From positions 8,265 through 72,264 of the forward strand of contig CANRLG010000003.1 in the NCBI GenBank assembly GCA_947631415.1: a DNA stretch of 64,000 nt, read 5' to 3'. Origin of the DNA: an uncultured Clostridia bacterium (GTDB lineage: Bacteria; Bacillota; Clostridia; TANB77; CAG-465). Of this stretch, positions 1 through 8,067 are shown piece after piece. The first letter of the stretch is position 1, and each line of letters opens with the position of its first letter. The notes beneath the pieces were generated by a model. It was not told where the DNA came from, ran no database searches, and saw only the letters and a list, made by a program, of their open reading frames with translations. The position numbers were made by a program, and so were the translations under genes.

Positions 1-17
1 GTTTAAGGGAGGAAATA

Positions 18-734
18 ATGGAAGAGTTAGACATAGTTGAATTGCTATACGCTTTAAAGAATAAAATAGTATATGTAATAATAGCTGTTGTAGCATTCGC
101 ATTAGCAGGACTAATATATTCTAAATTTTTTATTACACCAATGTATAAGTCAAGTACAAGTTTTGTACTATCAAAATCTGTTAATACAACAACATCTGGT
201 GAAGATAATACAAATAATGAAGCCATCACTGCTAATGATATAACATTAAATTCAAAATTAGTTTCTACATATAGTAAGATAATTAAAAGTAAAACTGTTG
301 CTAAAGAGGTTATAGCTTCTTTAGGATTAGATATGAATACAGATACTTTTATTTCTAACATAAGTGTATCAAATGAAACAGATACAGAGTTAATTATAAT
401 AACAGTTTCAAACGAAGAACCACAACTTGCAGCAAATATTGCAAATTCACTTGCTGAAGTTTTTAGAGATAAAGTAAATGATATATATAATATAGATAAC
501 TTATCAGTTATAGACATTGCAGAGCCAGATTTAATACCATACAACATATCTCCAGTTAAGACAATTTTATTATTTGCATTAGTTGGACTTTTTGTAGCAT
601 GTGGTGTTATATTTGTAATGGTATATTTTGATGATACAGTTAAAGATGAAAAAGACATTGAATCATTACTTTCAATACCTGTTATCGCTGCTATACCAAA
701 GATGGAAAATGATGAAAGAGGAGGTAAAGCTTAA
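18..734 (+). CDS. cpsC: Capsular polysaccharide chain-length determinant / BY-kinase transmembrane modulator (Wzz, CpsC/YwqC-like)
   Basis: 238-aa ORF with SD AAGGGAGG upstream. Hydrophobic helices near both ends flank a long hydrophilic loop (Wzz topology). The stop overlaps the start of the downstream kinase gene (TAATG). Confidence 0.8.
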   Translation: MEELDIVELLYALKNKIVYVIIAVVAFALAGLIYSKFFITPMYKSSTSFVLSKSVNTTTSGEDNTNNEAITANDITLNSKLVSTYSKIIKSKTVAKEVIASLGLDMNTDTFISNISVSNETDTELIIITVSNEEPQLAANIANSLAEVFRDKVNDIYNIDNLSVIDIAEPDLIPYNISPVKTILLFALVGLFVACGVIFVMVYFDDTVKDEKDIESLLSIPVIAAIPKMENDERGGKA

Positions 735-1465
735 TGGATAACGTTGAAACAATAGTAAATGACTTCCCACGTTCACCAGTTGCAGAATCTTTTAGACTAT
801 TTAGAACAAATTTATTGTATTTATTTGAAAATGATGAAAGTAAAACAATATGTATAACAAGTTCTAATGCTAGTGAAGGAAAATCATGGGTAACAGCAAA
901 TTTAGCAATTTCTTGTGCTCAATATGGTAAAAAAGTATTAATTATAGATGCAGATTTACGTAAGGGTAGACAACATAGAATATTTAAAAAATCTAATAGA
1001 ACAGGATTTTCTGAACTTTTAAAAGACTTAAGAGGAAATTTAAAAGAAGAAGATATAGCAAAGATAGAAGATGAACTTACAATTAAAATACAAGATACAA
1101 ACATTAGTAATGTTTATTTACTAACATCAGGACCTGTACCATTCAATCCATCAGAGCTTATTGGTACAGCAAATATAGAGCTACTATTAGACTTACTTAA
1201 AAAGGAATTTGATTTAATAATAATTGATACTCCACCAGCATCAATTATTACAGATGCCTTAATATTTGCAACTAAAGTAGATTATATGTTTTTAGTTGCT
1301 TGTTCTAGAAAAACTAAAAAAGATATACTTTTAAATACAAAGAAAACTATAGAGGCTGTTGGTGGTAAAATACCAGGAATTATATTAAATCAAATTTCTG
1401 TTGACAGAAGTAAACAATATAAAAAATCATATCAAAATTATGAATCAGATTATGGAAAAAAATAA
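734..1465 (+). CDS. cpsD: Tyrosine-protein kinase (BY-kinase, CpsD/YwqD-like)
   Basis: Walker A SNASEGKS, Walker A' VLIIDADLR, Walker B LIIIDTPP, and a C-terminal tyrosine cluster YKKSYQNYESDYGKK. Confidence 0.9.
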   Translation: MDNVETIVNDFPRSPVAESFRLFRTNLLYLFENDESKTICITSSNASEGKSWVTANLAISCAQYGKKVLIIDADLRKGRQHRIFKKSNRTGFSELLKDLRGNLKEEDIAKIEDELTIKIQDTNISNVYLLTSGPVPFNPSELIGTANIELLLDLLKKEFDLIIIDTPPASIITDALIFATKVDYMFLVACSRKTKKDILLNTKKTIEAVGGKIPGIILNQISVDRSKQYKKSYQNYESDYGKK

Positions 1466-1474
1466 AATGTAATG

Positions 1475-1507
1475 GCTTGAATAAATGATTTGTTCAAGTC
1501 TTTTTTT
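1475..1507 (+). terminator. Rho-independent terminator candidate after cpsD
   Basis: CTTGAA (1476-1481) pairs with TTCAAG (1493-1498), followed by a T7 run at 1501-1507. Confidence 0.55.
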
Positions 1508-1550
1508 AAAGTAAGAACAATAACATTTTATTGAAGGGAGGGGAACAAAA

Positions 1551-2288
1551 GTGATAGATATTCATTGTCATATTATTCCAAATACAGATGATGGCGCAAA
1601 GGATTTAGATAGTTCAATAGCTATGGGAAAAGCTGCTCAAAAAGCTGGCTATAATGCTATAATCGCCACATCTCATTATATTATACATGATATAGAAAAC
1701 GATTATGATGAATACAGAAATAATATAAAAAGATTAAATGATGTATATAAAGAAAATGGAATAGATGTAAAAGTATATAATGGTAATGAAGTATTTTTTA
1801 CAAATAATATAACAGGACTTATTAAAAATAAAAAAGTTTCAACTCTTTCAGATTCAAAGTATGTACTATATGAGTTCCCATTATTTAATAAGATTGTTCC
1901 ATTAAATGCTTATGATGAACTAAATGAGTTACAAGATGCAGGATATATTCCAATACTTGCACACCCAGAACGTTATGAATTTGTTCAAAATAATGTAGAT
2001 ACTTTAATTCCTCTAATTGAATCTGGTGTATTATTACAATCAAATATTGGAAGCGCTTACGGAAAATATGGAAAAAAAGTACAAAAAACACTTAAATTAA
2101 TGCTTAAAAAAGGAATGGTACATTTCTTAGCAACAGACTCACATAATACAAATACGTATGAAAATATTGATTTGGCTATGAAGAAAATAAAGAAATGGAA
2201 TAAAAATGATGAAAGGTTACAAGCTATTTTATCTAATCCAGAAAAAGTAATTAATAATGAAAAGATAGATATTTGGTATCCTAATTAA
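1551..2288 (+). CDS. cpsB: PHP-family protein-tyrosine phosphatase (CpsB/YwqE-like)
   Basis: GTG start after SD GGGAGGGG. The N-terminal MIDIHCHIIPNTDDG metal-binding motif and a later ATDSHN motif are typical of CpsB-type Mn-dependent phosphotyrosine phosphatases. Confidence 0.85.
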   Translation: MIDIHCHIIPNTDDGAKDLDSSIAMGKAAQKAGYNAIIATSHYIIHDIENDYDEYRNNIKRLNDVYKENGIDVKVYNGNEVFFTNNITGLIKNKKVSTLSDSKYVLYEFPLFNKIVPLNAYDELNELQDAGYIPILAHPERYEFVQNNVDTLIPLIESGVLLQSNIGSAYGKYGKKVQKTLKLMLKKGMVHFLATDSHNTNTYENIDLAMKKIKKWNKNDERLQAILSNPEKVINNEKIDIWYPN

Positions 2289-2290
2289 TA

Positions 2291-2316
2291 GACTCTAGAA
2301 ATAGAGTTTATTTTTT
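2291..2316 (+). terminator. Rho-independent terminator after cpsB
   Basis: GACTCTA / TAGAGT stem with a GAAA loop, followed by a T-rich run. Confidence 0.6.
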
Positions 2317-2359
2317 ATTTTCGTTATGATATAATCTTTATATTATAATGAGGTGAAAT

Positions 2360-3634
2360 ATGAAAGAGGAAGAAAAAGAAAAGGCACTACTTGTTGGTGT
2401 AAATATAGATTATAAAGAAAATTTTTTAAGACTTATGGATGAACTAGAAAATCTAGTATATGCTTGTGATTTATATGTTGTTGGAAGAGAAATACAAAAT
2501 CTACCAGAAGTAAATAAACCACTGTATTTAGGAAAAGGAAAAGCAGAAGAAATTGCACAAAAAGTAAAAGCATTGGATATAGATGTTGTGGTGTTTAATA
2601 ATGAATTATCTCCAACACAGCTTAGAAATTTGCAAAGTATTTTAGATTGTGCAATACTTGATAGAACTTCTTTAATACTTGAAATTTTTTCAAAAAGGGC
2701 AAAAACTAAAGAGGCAAAGTTACAAGTTGAAGTAGCAAAACTTGAGTATATGTTACCTAGACTTGTTGGACTTCATAGCTCACTTGGTAGACAAGGTGGA
2801 GGAGCAGGGGTATTTAATAAAGGTTCAGGAGAAAAGAAACTAGAACTTGATAGAAGAAGAATAGAAGATAAACTTACTGAACTAAAATCTGAACTTGAGG
2901 AACTATCTAAAGATAGAGAGACTCAGAGAAAACAAAGAGAAGAATCAGAAATTCCACTTGTAGCTCTTGTTGGATACACAAATGCAGGAAAATCCAGTAT
3001 TATGAACTATATGATAGATAGATTTGTTCATGATGAAAATAAAAAAGTAATAGAAGAAGATATGCTATTTGCTACACTTGAAACATCTGTAAGAAAAATT
3101 GAAATTGAAAATAATAGAAAATTTTTATTATCCGATACCGTTGGTTTTATTAGTGAACTTCCGCATGATTTAGTTAAGGCTTTTAGGTCTACTCTTGAAG
3201 AAATTAAAAATGCAGATTTATTAATAGAAGTAGTAGATTATTCAGACCCACATTGGGATGAACATATAAATGTTACAAAGGAAACTTTAGAAAAAATAGG
3301 AGCATCAGATATTCCTATAGTATATGCATATAATAAATCTGAACTTGTTTTAGATAAACTACCACTTGTAGATGGAGATGAAATATATTTATCTGTTAAA
3401 GAAAATAGAGGAATGAATGAACTATTAGATTTAATTACAGATAAATTATTTTCAAATTATAAAAGATGTAAAATGAGAATACCTTTTTCAAATGGAAGTT
3501 TGGTTTCATATTTGAATGAACATGCAAATGTTATGAATACAGAATATGATGAACAAGGCACTATTCTAACTGTTGAATGTAAAGAGGCTCAATACAATAA
3601 ATATAGAGAATATGTGGTAGAAGATTTAGATTAA
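2360..3634 (+). CDS. hflX: GTPase HflX
   Basis: 424 aa. G1 motif GYTNAGKSS, G3 motif DTVGF, NKSE G4-like motif, and a long N-terminal HflX-type domain with a coiled-coil linker. Confidence 0.9.
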   Translation: MKEEEKEKALLVGVNIDYKENFLRLMDELENLVYACDLYVVGREIQNLPEVNKPLYLGKGKAEEIAQKVKALDIDVVVFNNELSPTQLRNLQSILDCAILDRTSLILEIFSKRAKTKEAKLQVEVAKLEYMLPRLVGLHSSLGRQGGGAGVFNKGSGEKKLELDRRRIEDKLTELKSELEELSKDRETQRKQREESEIPLVALVGYTNAGKSSIMNYMIDRFVHDENKKVIEEDMLFATLETSVRKIEIENNRKFLLSDTVGFISELPHDLVKAFRSTLEEIKNADLLIEVVDYSDPHWDEHINVTKETLEKIGASDIPIVYAYNKSELVLDKLPLVDGDEIYLSVKENRGMNELLDLITDKLFSNYKRCKMRIPFSNGSLVSYLNEHANVMNTEYDEQGTILTVECKEAQYNKYREYVVEDLD

Positions 3635-3640
3635 AAAAGA

Positions 3641-3667
3641 TTACACCGTAAAAGGTGTAATTTTTTT
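3641..3667 (+). terminator. Rho-independent terminator after hflX
   Basis: TTACACC / GGTGTAA 7-bp stem with a 6-nt loop and a T7 run ending at 3667. It sits immediately before the next ORF. Confidence 0.8.
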
Positions 3668-4054
3668 ATGTTGGAAAATACTATTATTATGAAAAAGAAA
3701 ATAATAGATTTTTTGGTATTGGTAATTATTGGTATAATAAATGGCCTTTTTTCAACAGGCGCAGGACAAATTCTTGTTTTTTATTATATTTATATATTAA
3801 AAAAAGATACTAAAGAGGCAAGGGAAAAGAGTTTAACTTTAATACCTGTAATTTCAATTCCTACAATGTTTTTCTACTTAAATAAAAGTAATATTGAAAT
3901 AAGGAATATAATTGTTGTACTGCTAATTTCTCTAATATTTGGCACACTTGGAAATAAATTAATGAAAAAAATAAATAGTAAAATCTTAAATTTTGTATCT
4001 GGATTATTTTTAATAATTTTTTCAGCTATAAGTCTGTGGAGGTTATATTTATGA
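3668..4054 (+). CDS. Half-size TSUP (TauE/SafE) family membrane protein, first gene of a split pair
   Basis: 128-aa ORF with about four hydrophobic segments and a glycine-rich motif GLFSTGAGQ. The first ATG (3668) abuts the terminator T-tract, so ATG 3689 (MKKKIIDF) is an alternative start. Confidence 0.55.
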   Translation: MLENTIIMKKKIIDFLVLVIIGIINGLFSTGAGQILVFYYIYILKKDTKEAREKSLTLIPVISIPTMFFYLNKSNIEIRNIIVVLLISLIFGTLGNKLMKKINSKILNFVSGLFLIIFSAISLWRLYL

Positions 4055-4434
4055 TTTATTTTTTAAGCATAATTTCTTCTGTAATTTCTAGTTTAGGAAT
4101 TGGAGGAGGTGCAGCATTTATTCTTCTATCAACAATGCTTAATTTATTAGATATAAATGAGGCAAGAGCATATAATTTAATATTATTTGTAGGTGTAGGT
4201 ATTGCAATAATAATTAAAAAAATAAAAAAAGAAAAATTTTTTAGTAAAGAATATTTTAAAACTCTTTTAATTATTTTTCTTGGTTGTATGTTAGGTTATT
4301 ATTTTAATGGTTTTATCTCTGAAAAAATTTTAAAAACGATTTTCTATGTTTTTATGATATTTATAGGAGGATATGAAATATTTTTTTGTTTAAAGAATAG
4401 AAAAACTGTGAAGAATAATACAAGAAAGGAGTGA
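4051..4434 (+). CDS. Half-size TSUP (TauE/SafE) family membrane protein, second gene of a split pair
   Basis: ATG 4051 overlaps the upstream stop (ATGA), with SD GGAGG at 4038-4042. Four hydrophobic segments and a TSUP-like motif SSLGIGGGAAF. The track start at 4036 (GTG) is less likely. Confidence 0.6.
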   Translation: MIYFLSIISSVISSLGIGGGAAFILLSTMLNLLDINEARAYNLILFVGVGIAIIIKKIKKEKFFSKEYFKTLLIIFLGCMLGYYFNGFISEKILKTIFYVFMIFIGGYEIFFCLKNRKTVKNNTRKE

Positions 4435-4442
4435 TTAAAATT

Positions 4443-4580
4443 ATGGAATTTATTAAAGGTGCAATAATTGGAATGATAGCTGGAACATGTGTAGGTTATT
4501 TAAAAAATGACATGATTTGTGAAGCAATTAGAAATGGTAAAAAAGAATTTAAAAAAATGAAAAGAAAAATGTGTTATTAA
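4443..4580 (+). CDS. Small (45 aa) membrane-associated protein, unknown function
   Basis: Not in the supplied track. Sequence is MEFIKGAIIGMIAGTCVGYLKND... with a basic tail. SD AAGGAG lies 13 nt upstream, and the operon terminator follows. Confidence 0.35.
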   Translation: MEFIKGAIIGMIAGTCVGYLKNDMICEAIRNGKKEFKKMKRKMCY

Positions 4581-4595
4581 TATTAAAAAATATGA

Positions 4596-4633
4596 GTCAA
4601 AGGTCAAAAAAATAAAGACTTTTGACTTTTTTT
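4596..4633 (+). terminator. Rho-independent terminator
   Basis: GTCAAAGGTC / GACTTTTGAC 10-bp stem (one G-U pair) followed by a T7 run. Confidence 0.8.
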
Positions 4634-4669
4634 ATGTAAAATAGATAGTTTTTCAAACTTTTTAAAATC

Positions 4670-4699
4670 TTGCACTTGATATTTGATTTTATTTATAAT
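4670..4699 (+). promoter_or_regulatory. Sigma-A-type promoter candidate for the 4748-7310 gene pair
   Basis: TTGCAC, 18-nt spacer, TATAAT. It lies about 50 nt upstream of the 4748 start. Confidence 0.5.
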
Positions 4700-4747
4700 A
4701 TAATTATAATGTATTAATTTAATTATTAGATAAGTGAGGGAATCAAT

Positions 4748-5068
4748 ATGGCTAATAGAAAATTTATAACTACTTTAATGATTTTATCAGTATTATTAGC
4801 AGTAGTTAATGAATTTGTGTTTGCAGCATCAACTGTAGTAACAAATGACCAAATATTAGATGGAGCATTACAGATATTAGTATACATTCAAAAATATTCA
4901 TGGCCTGTTGCAATACTAGTATTAGTATTTGCACTATACAAATATTATGTAACAGGGTCAGAAGTTTTAGCAGACCAAATTAAAGGAAAAAGTTTGTTAA
5001 CAGGACTTTGTATATTTATGACGGTAGTTCAATGTTTACCATTGATTTATGCCATTATAATACTTTAA
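4748..5068 (+). CDS. Small secreted/membrane protein with VirB2/TrbC-pilin-like architecture
   Basis: 106 aa with SD GTGAGGGA. The signal-like N-terminus ends in VFA-AS. The roughly 80-aa mature part has two hydrophobic helices separated by the short polar loop TGSEVLADQIKGK. Assignment is by architecture only. Confidence 0.4.
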   Translation: MANRKFITTLMILSVLLAVVNEFVFAASTVVTNDQILDGALQILVYIQKYSWPVAILVLVFALYKYYVTGSEVLADQIKGKSLLTGLCIFMTVVQCLPLIYAIIIL

Positions 5069-5141
5069 AAATATCGTAGATATTATAATTAATATAAAAA
5101 TCCAGATTTTGATTGAATAATTAGAAGGGATAGAGGATATA

Positions 5142-7310
5142 ATGAAGGTACTTTTTGGAATAAGTAATATTAACACTGTAAAAGGTATAGTTGATTTGTA
5201 TGAAAAAAAATATGGTGAGAAAATTGAATATAAAATAGCATATTATTTTGGTCAATTTAGTAAAGAAATTGAAAAAGATGATTATGATAGAGCTGTTCTT
5301 AAAGAAGATTTGGAACAAATTTCTACAAAAAACTATGCTGAGGCAGATAAACAAATATTTGAGTTTATAGATAAAATAACTAATAATTTTGAAGCAAGAA
5401 ATTTAATATTTTTAGCTTCTGAAAGAAGAACTCTTGGTGATAGTTTCTTATCTAGATTATTTGGACTTGGAGTTTATACTACTTTAACTGGTTCAGATAG
5501 AACTTTAGGTAAAGTTTGTGCAGCTTTAAAAAACCCAATGTCTAAAAAGGAAGCTAGAAAGTATTATGATAACGCCGCTACAATGGATGATATATATAAT
5601 ACTTCTCAAGTTGATGAAAATGAAATTAGAAGAATTATTTCTTTTTATAGAAATTTGAATGGTGATACTAGTAAGTATTGTGAAATTTTTGATAGAATAA
5701 CTCCACAATATACAGTAGAACAAATGCAAGTAATAATTCCTTATCTACCAGAAGATGTTAGAAACTTTTTACAGGCAAATAGCCAATCATATAGAAGTAT
5801 TGTAGAATCTTCAGACTCAAAAGTTGGTGAATTAGGAAAACCACAAAATAATAGTATGGTTTCTGATGCTAAAAATAATGGTGGAGTTGAAATTCAAAAA
5901 GGAAATGATATTGTAAATAAAATACTTGTTAATGGTAACGAAATTAAGAATAAAGTAGTTCAAACTGCACAAGGAGTTGCAAACCAAGTACAAAGTACAG
6001 TAGCTGAAAAAGCAAAAGAAATAAAAGAAAATAAGGAAAATAAAGAAAATAATCCAGAAGAAAGTAAACAAGGAAATATATTAAACAAAATTCAAGAAGC
6101 TATTCCTGTTAAAGTTACTGTTGAAGATGTTGAACAACCTACAAAAGTTGAAGAAAAACCAGAAGAAAAAGTTGAGCAAAAAGTAGCGGAAAAAGTAGAA
6201 GAAAAGGTTGAACCAAAAGTTGAACCAACTCCTCAACCACAACCTCAGGTGCAACAAGCTCCACAACAACCTGCTCCTCAACCTCAAGTCATAACTAAAG
6301 AAGTAATAAAAGAGGTACCAGTAGAAAAAGAGGTAATTAAAGAGGTAGTTAAGGAAGTACCGGTAGAAAAAGAAGTAATAAAAGAAGTAGTAAAAGAAGT
6401 ACCAGTAGAAAAAGAAAAAGTAATAACACAAGTAGTAGAAAAGGAAGTTGTAAAACAATATTTTGATGTTCCTAAAGATTACAAGAAAACTGTAGTTTTT
6501 GTAGGAGCACCAAAAACAGGAACAACATTTTGTATAAATGCTATTGGAACATATTTAGCTAAGCAAAAAGTAAAAGTTGCAATGGTAGATATGACTAGAA
6601 AAAGAGATTTATATACAATTTATACTTATGATAATACAGGAAAGAGAAATATAGCAGGAGAAAGTATGAGATATGCTTCTGCAGGTAAGAATGAACCTTT
6701 AGTATATGATAAATTGAGTATTTATACAGCTGTACCAGGAGAAGATAGAAAAGCATATAATCCAAATGTTTTAGTTGATACAGTAGCTAGAAATAATAAT
6801 ATTGTTTTAATTGATGCAGATTTTAGTACTCCTTTAGATTATTTTAGACTTTCAAATGAAATTTACATTGTACAAGACATGAACGTTTTAAATATCCAAC
6901 AATTAACTATGTTTTTAAGAGAATTGAAACAAAGAGGAATTGGAATGGATAAAATAAAAGTTGTTATAAATAAATTCGTAGATTGTTCTTTAACATCTAA
7001 GGATATAATAGATATTATGGCAACTTATACAAGTTATGATTTAAAAATGTATGATGAACTATTTAATCCAAAGAGAATACAATATTTTATATTACCTTTT
7101 GATGTAGATAACTATACAAAATATATTGAAATGGTATTCAAATATTCAAATAAATTTTCTAGTTTTACTCCTAACTTTCAACAAAATTTAAACCAGATTA
7201 TTAATAGCATATATCCAACACGTGGAAAAGTTAGTGTAGAAGAAAAACATTATACAGAAGAAGATGATAGAAGAAATAAAGGTGGATTTGGATTATTTAA
7301 GAAGAAATAG
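5142..7310 (+). CDS. Tripartite protein: receiver-like N-domain, low-complexity K/E/V/P/Q linker, degenerate ParA/MinD-like C-domain (TadZ/CpaE-like architecture)
   Basis: 722 aa. The N-terminus has a beta-alpha pattern (MKVLFGISN...RAVLKEDL...NLIFLASE). The middle has KENKEN, PQPQPQ and VPVEKEVIKEVVKE repeats. The C-terminus has VVFVGAPKTGTT (a Walker A with no GK[ST] lysine), VLIDAD and VVINKF, in the order seen in MinD/ParA. Confidence 0.5.
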   Translation: MKVLFGISNINTVKGIVDLYEKKYGEKIEYKIAYYFGQFSKEIEKDDYDRAVLKEDLEQISTKNYAEADKQIFEFIDKITNNFEARNLIFLASERRTLGDSFLSRLFGLGVYTTLTGSDRTLGKVCAALKNPMSKKEARKYYDNAATMDDIYNTSQVDENEIRRIISFYRNLNGDTSKYCEIFDRITPQYTVEQMQVIIPYLPEDVRNFLQANSQSYRSIVESSDSKVGELGKPQNNSMVSDAKNNGGVEIQKGNDIVNKILVNGNEIKNKVVQTAQGVANQVQSTVAEKAKEIKENKENKENNPEESKQGNILNKIQEAIPVKVTVEDVEQPTKVEEKPEEKVEQKVAEKVEEKVEPKVEPTPQPQPQVQQAPQQPAPQPQVITKEVIKEVPVEKEVIKEVVKEVPVEKEVIKEVVKEVPVEKEKVITQVVEKEVVKQYFDVPKDYKKTVVFVGAPKTGTTFCINAIGTYLAKQKVKVAMVDMTRKRDLYTIYTYDNTGKRNIAGESMRYASAGKNEPLVYDKLSIYTAVPGEDRKAYNPNVLVDTVARNNNIVLIDADFSTPLDYFRLSNEIYIVQDMNVLNIQQLTMFLRELKQRGIGMDKIKVVINKFVDCSLTSKDIIDIMATYTSYDLKMYDELFNPKRIQYFILPFDVDNYTKYIEMVFKYSNKFSSFTPNFQQNLNQIINSIYPTRGKVSVEEKHYTEEDDRRNKGGFGLFKKK
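6315..6425 (+). repeat. In-frame tandem repeat, about 2.6 copies of a 42-nt unit (VPVEKEVIKEVVKE)
   Basis: Units start at 6315, 6357 and 6399 (GTACCRGTAGAAAAAGA...) and are imperfect at synonymous positions. Confidence 0.85.
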
Positions 7311-7360
7311 TATAATAATATTTTAAGAATAGATATAATGAAATAAGGAGAGTGAATAGT

Positions 7361-7606
7361 ATGGATCAAAATACAACAGTATTTACACCACAAAAAGATG
7401 AATCAAAAAGAGTAAAGGAAATTATGGAGCAAGTAGTTGCTGCATTAAAGGACAAAGGATATGAACCAATAAGCCAAATTATAGGTTACATTTTATCTGG
7501 TGACCCAACATATATAACATCTCATCAAAATGCAAGAGCATTAATTTGCAAGATTGAAAGAGATGATTTATTACAAGAAATGATAAAAAAATATTTAGAT
7601 TTATAA
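7361..7606 (+). CDS. ireB: IreB-family regulatory phosphoprotein (UPF0297, YrzL-like)
   Basis: Conserved core VVAALKDKGYEPISQIIGYILSGDPTYITSHQNAR. ATG 7361 sits 10 nt after SD AAGGAG, and the track GTG at 7352 overlaps that SD. Confidence 0.85.
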   Translation: MDQNTTVFTPQKDESKRVKEIMEQVVAALKDKGYEPISQIIGYILSGDPTYITSHQNARALICKIERDDLLQEMIKKYLDL

Positions 7607-7616
7607 TAGGTGTAGC

Positions 7617-8033
7617 ATGAAAAGAATACTAGGAATAGACTATGGAGATGTTAGGGTAGGTCTTGCTATTTCAGACCCTTTGGGTATTACAGCACAAGGC
7701 CTTGAAACACTTGTCATAAATGGTAGTGATAAAAAATTCATAAGTGGTATTAGAAAGCTTAAGGAAGAATATGAATTTGAAGAGGTAGTTATTGGTTATC
7801 CTAAAAATATGGATGGGACTAAGTCACAAAAAACAGAAAAAGTAGATGAACTTATCCCAAAACTAGAAGAACTTGGTTTAAAAGTTCATACATGGGATGA
7901 AAGACTTACTACTGTTTCAGCATATAAGACAATGAGAGAAATGAACATTTCTCAAAAAGATAAAAATAGAGTTGCAGATAGGTTTGCAGCGACATATATT
8001 TTAGAAGGATATTTAAACAAACTTTCAAAGTAG
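7617..8033 (+). CDS. ruvX: Holliday junction resolvase-like nuclease RuvX (YqgF)
   Basis: 138 aa. N-terminal ILGIDYGDVRVGLAISD motif and YqgF-like length and layout. It follows ireB, as in other Firmicutes. Confidence 0.9.
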   Translation: MKRILGIDYGDVRVGLAISDPLGITAQGLETLVINGSDKKFISGIRKLKEEYEFEEVVIGYPKNMDGTKSQKTEKVDELIPKLEELGLKVHTWDERLTTVSAYKTMREMNISQKDKNRVADRFAATYILEGYLNKLSK

Positions 8034-8067
8034 TTTTTAAATATAGACCAATAAGGAGGATATTATA

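Noticed and set aside
6315-6425. Possibility that the 42-nt tandem repeats are a CRISPR array or other non-coding repeat array.
   Set aside because: The units are contiguous with no spacers. They are in frame within a long ORF and vary mainly at synonymous positions, which identifies them as a coding repeat.
5121-6458. Minus-strand ORFs of 77-125 aa (5121-5354, 5526-5729, 5832-6071, 6081-6458), very rich in F/Y/I/L.
   Set aside because: They are the antisense reading of the K/E/V-rich and AT-rich coding sequence of the 722-aa gene. They have no SD sites, and the sense strand carries recognisable domain motifs.
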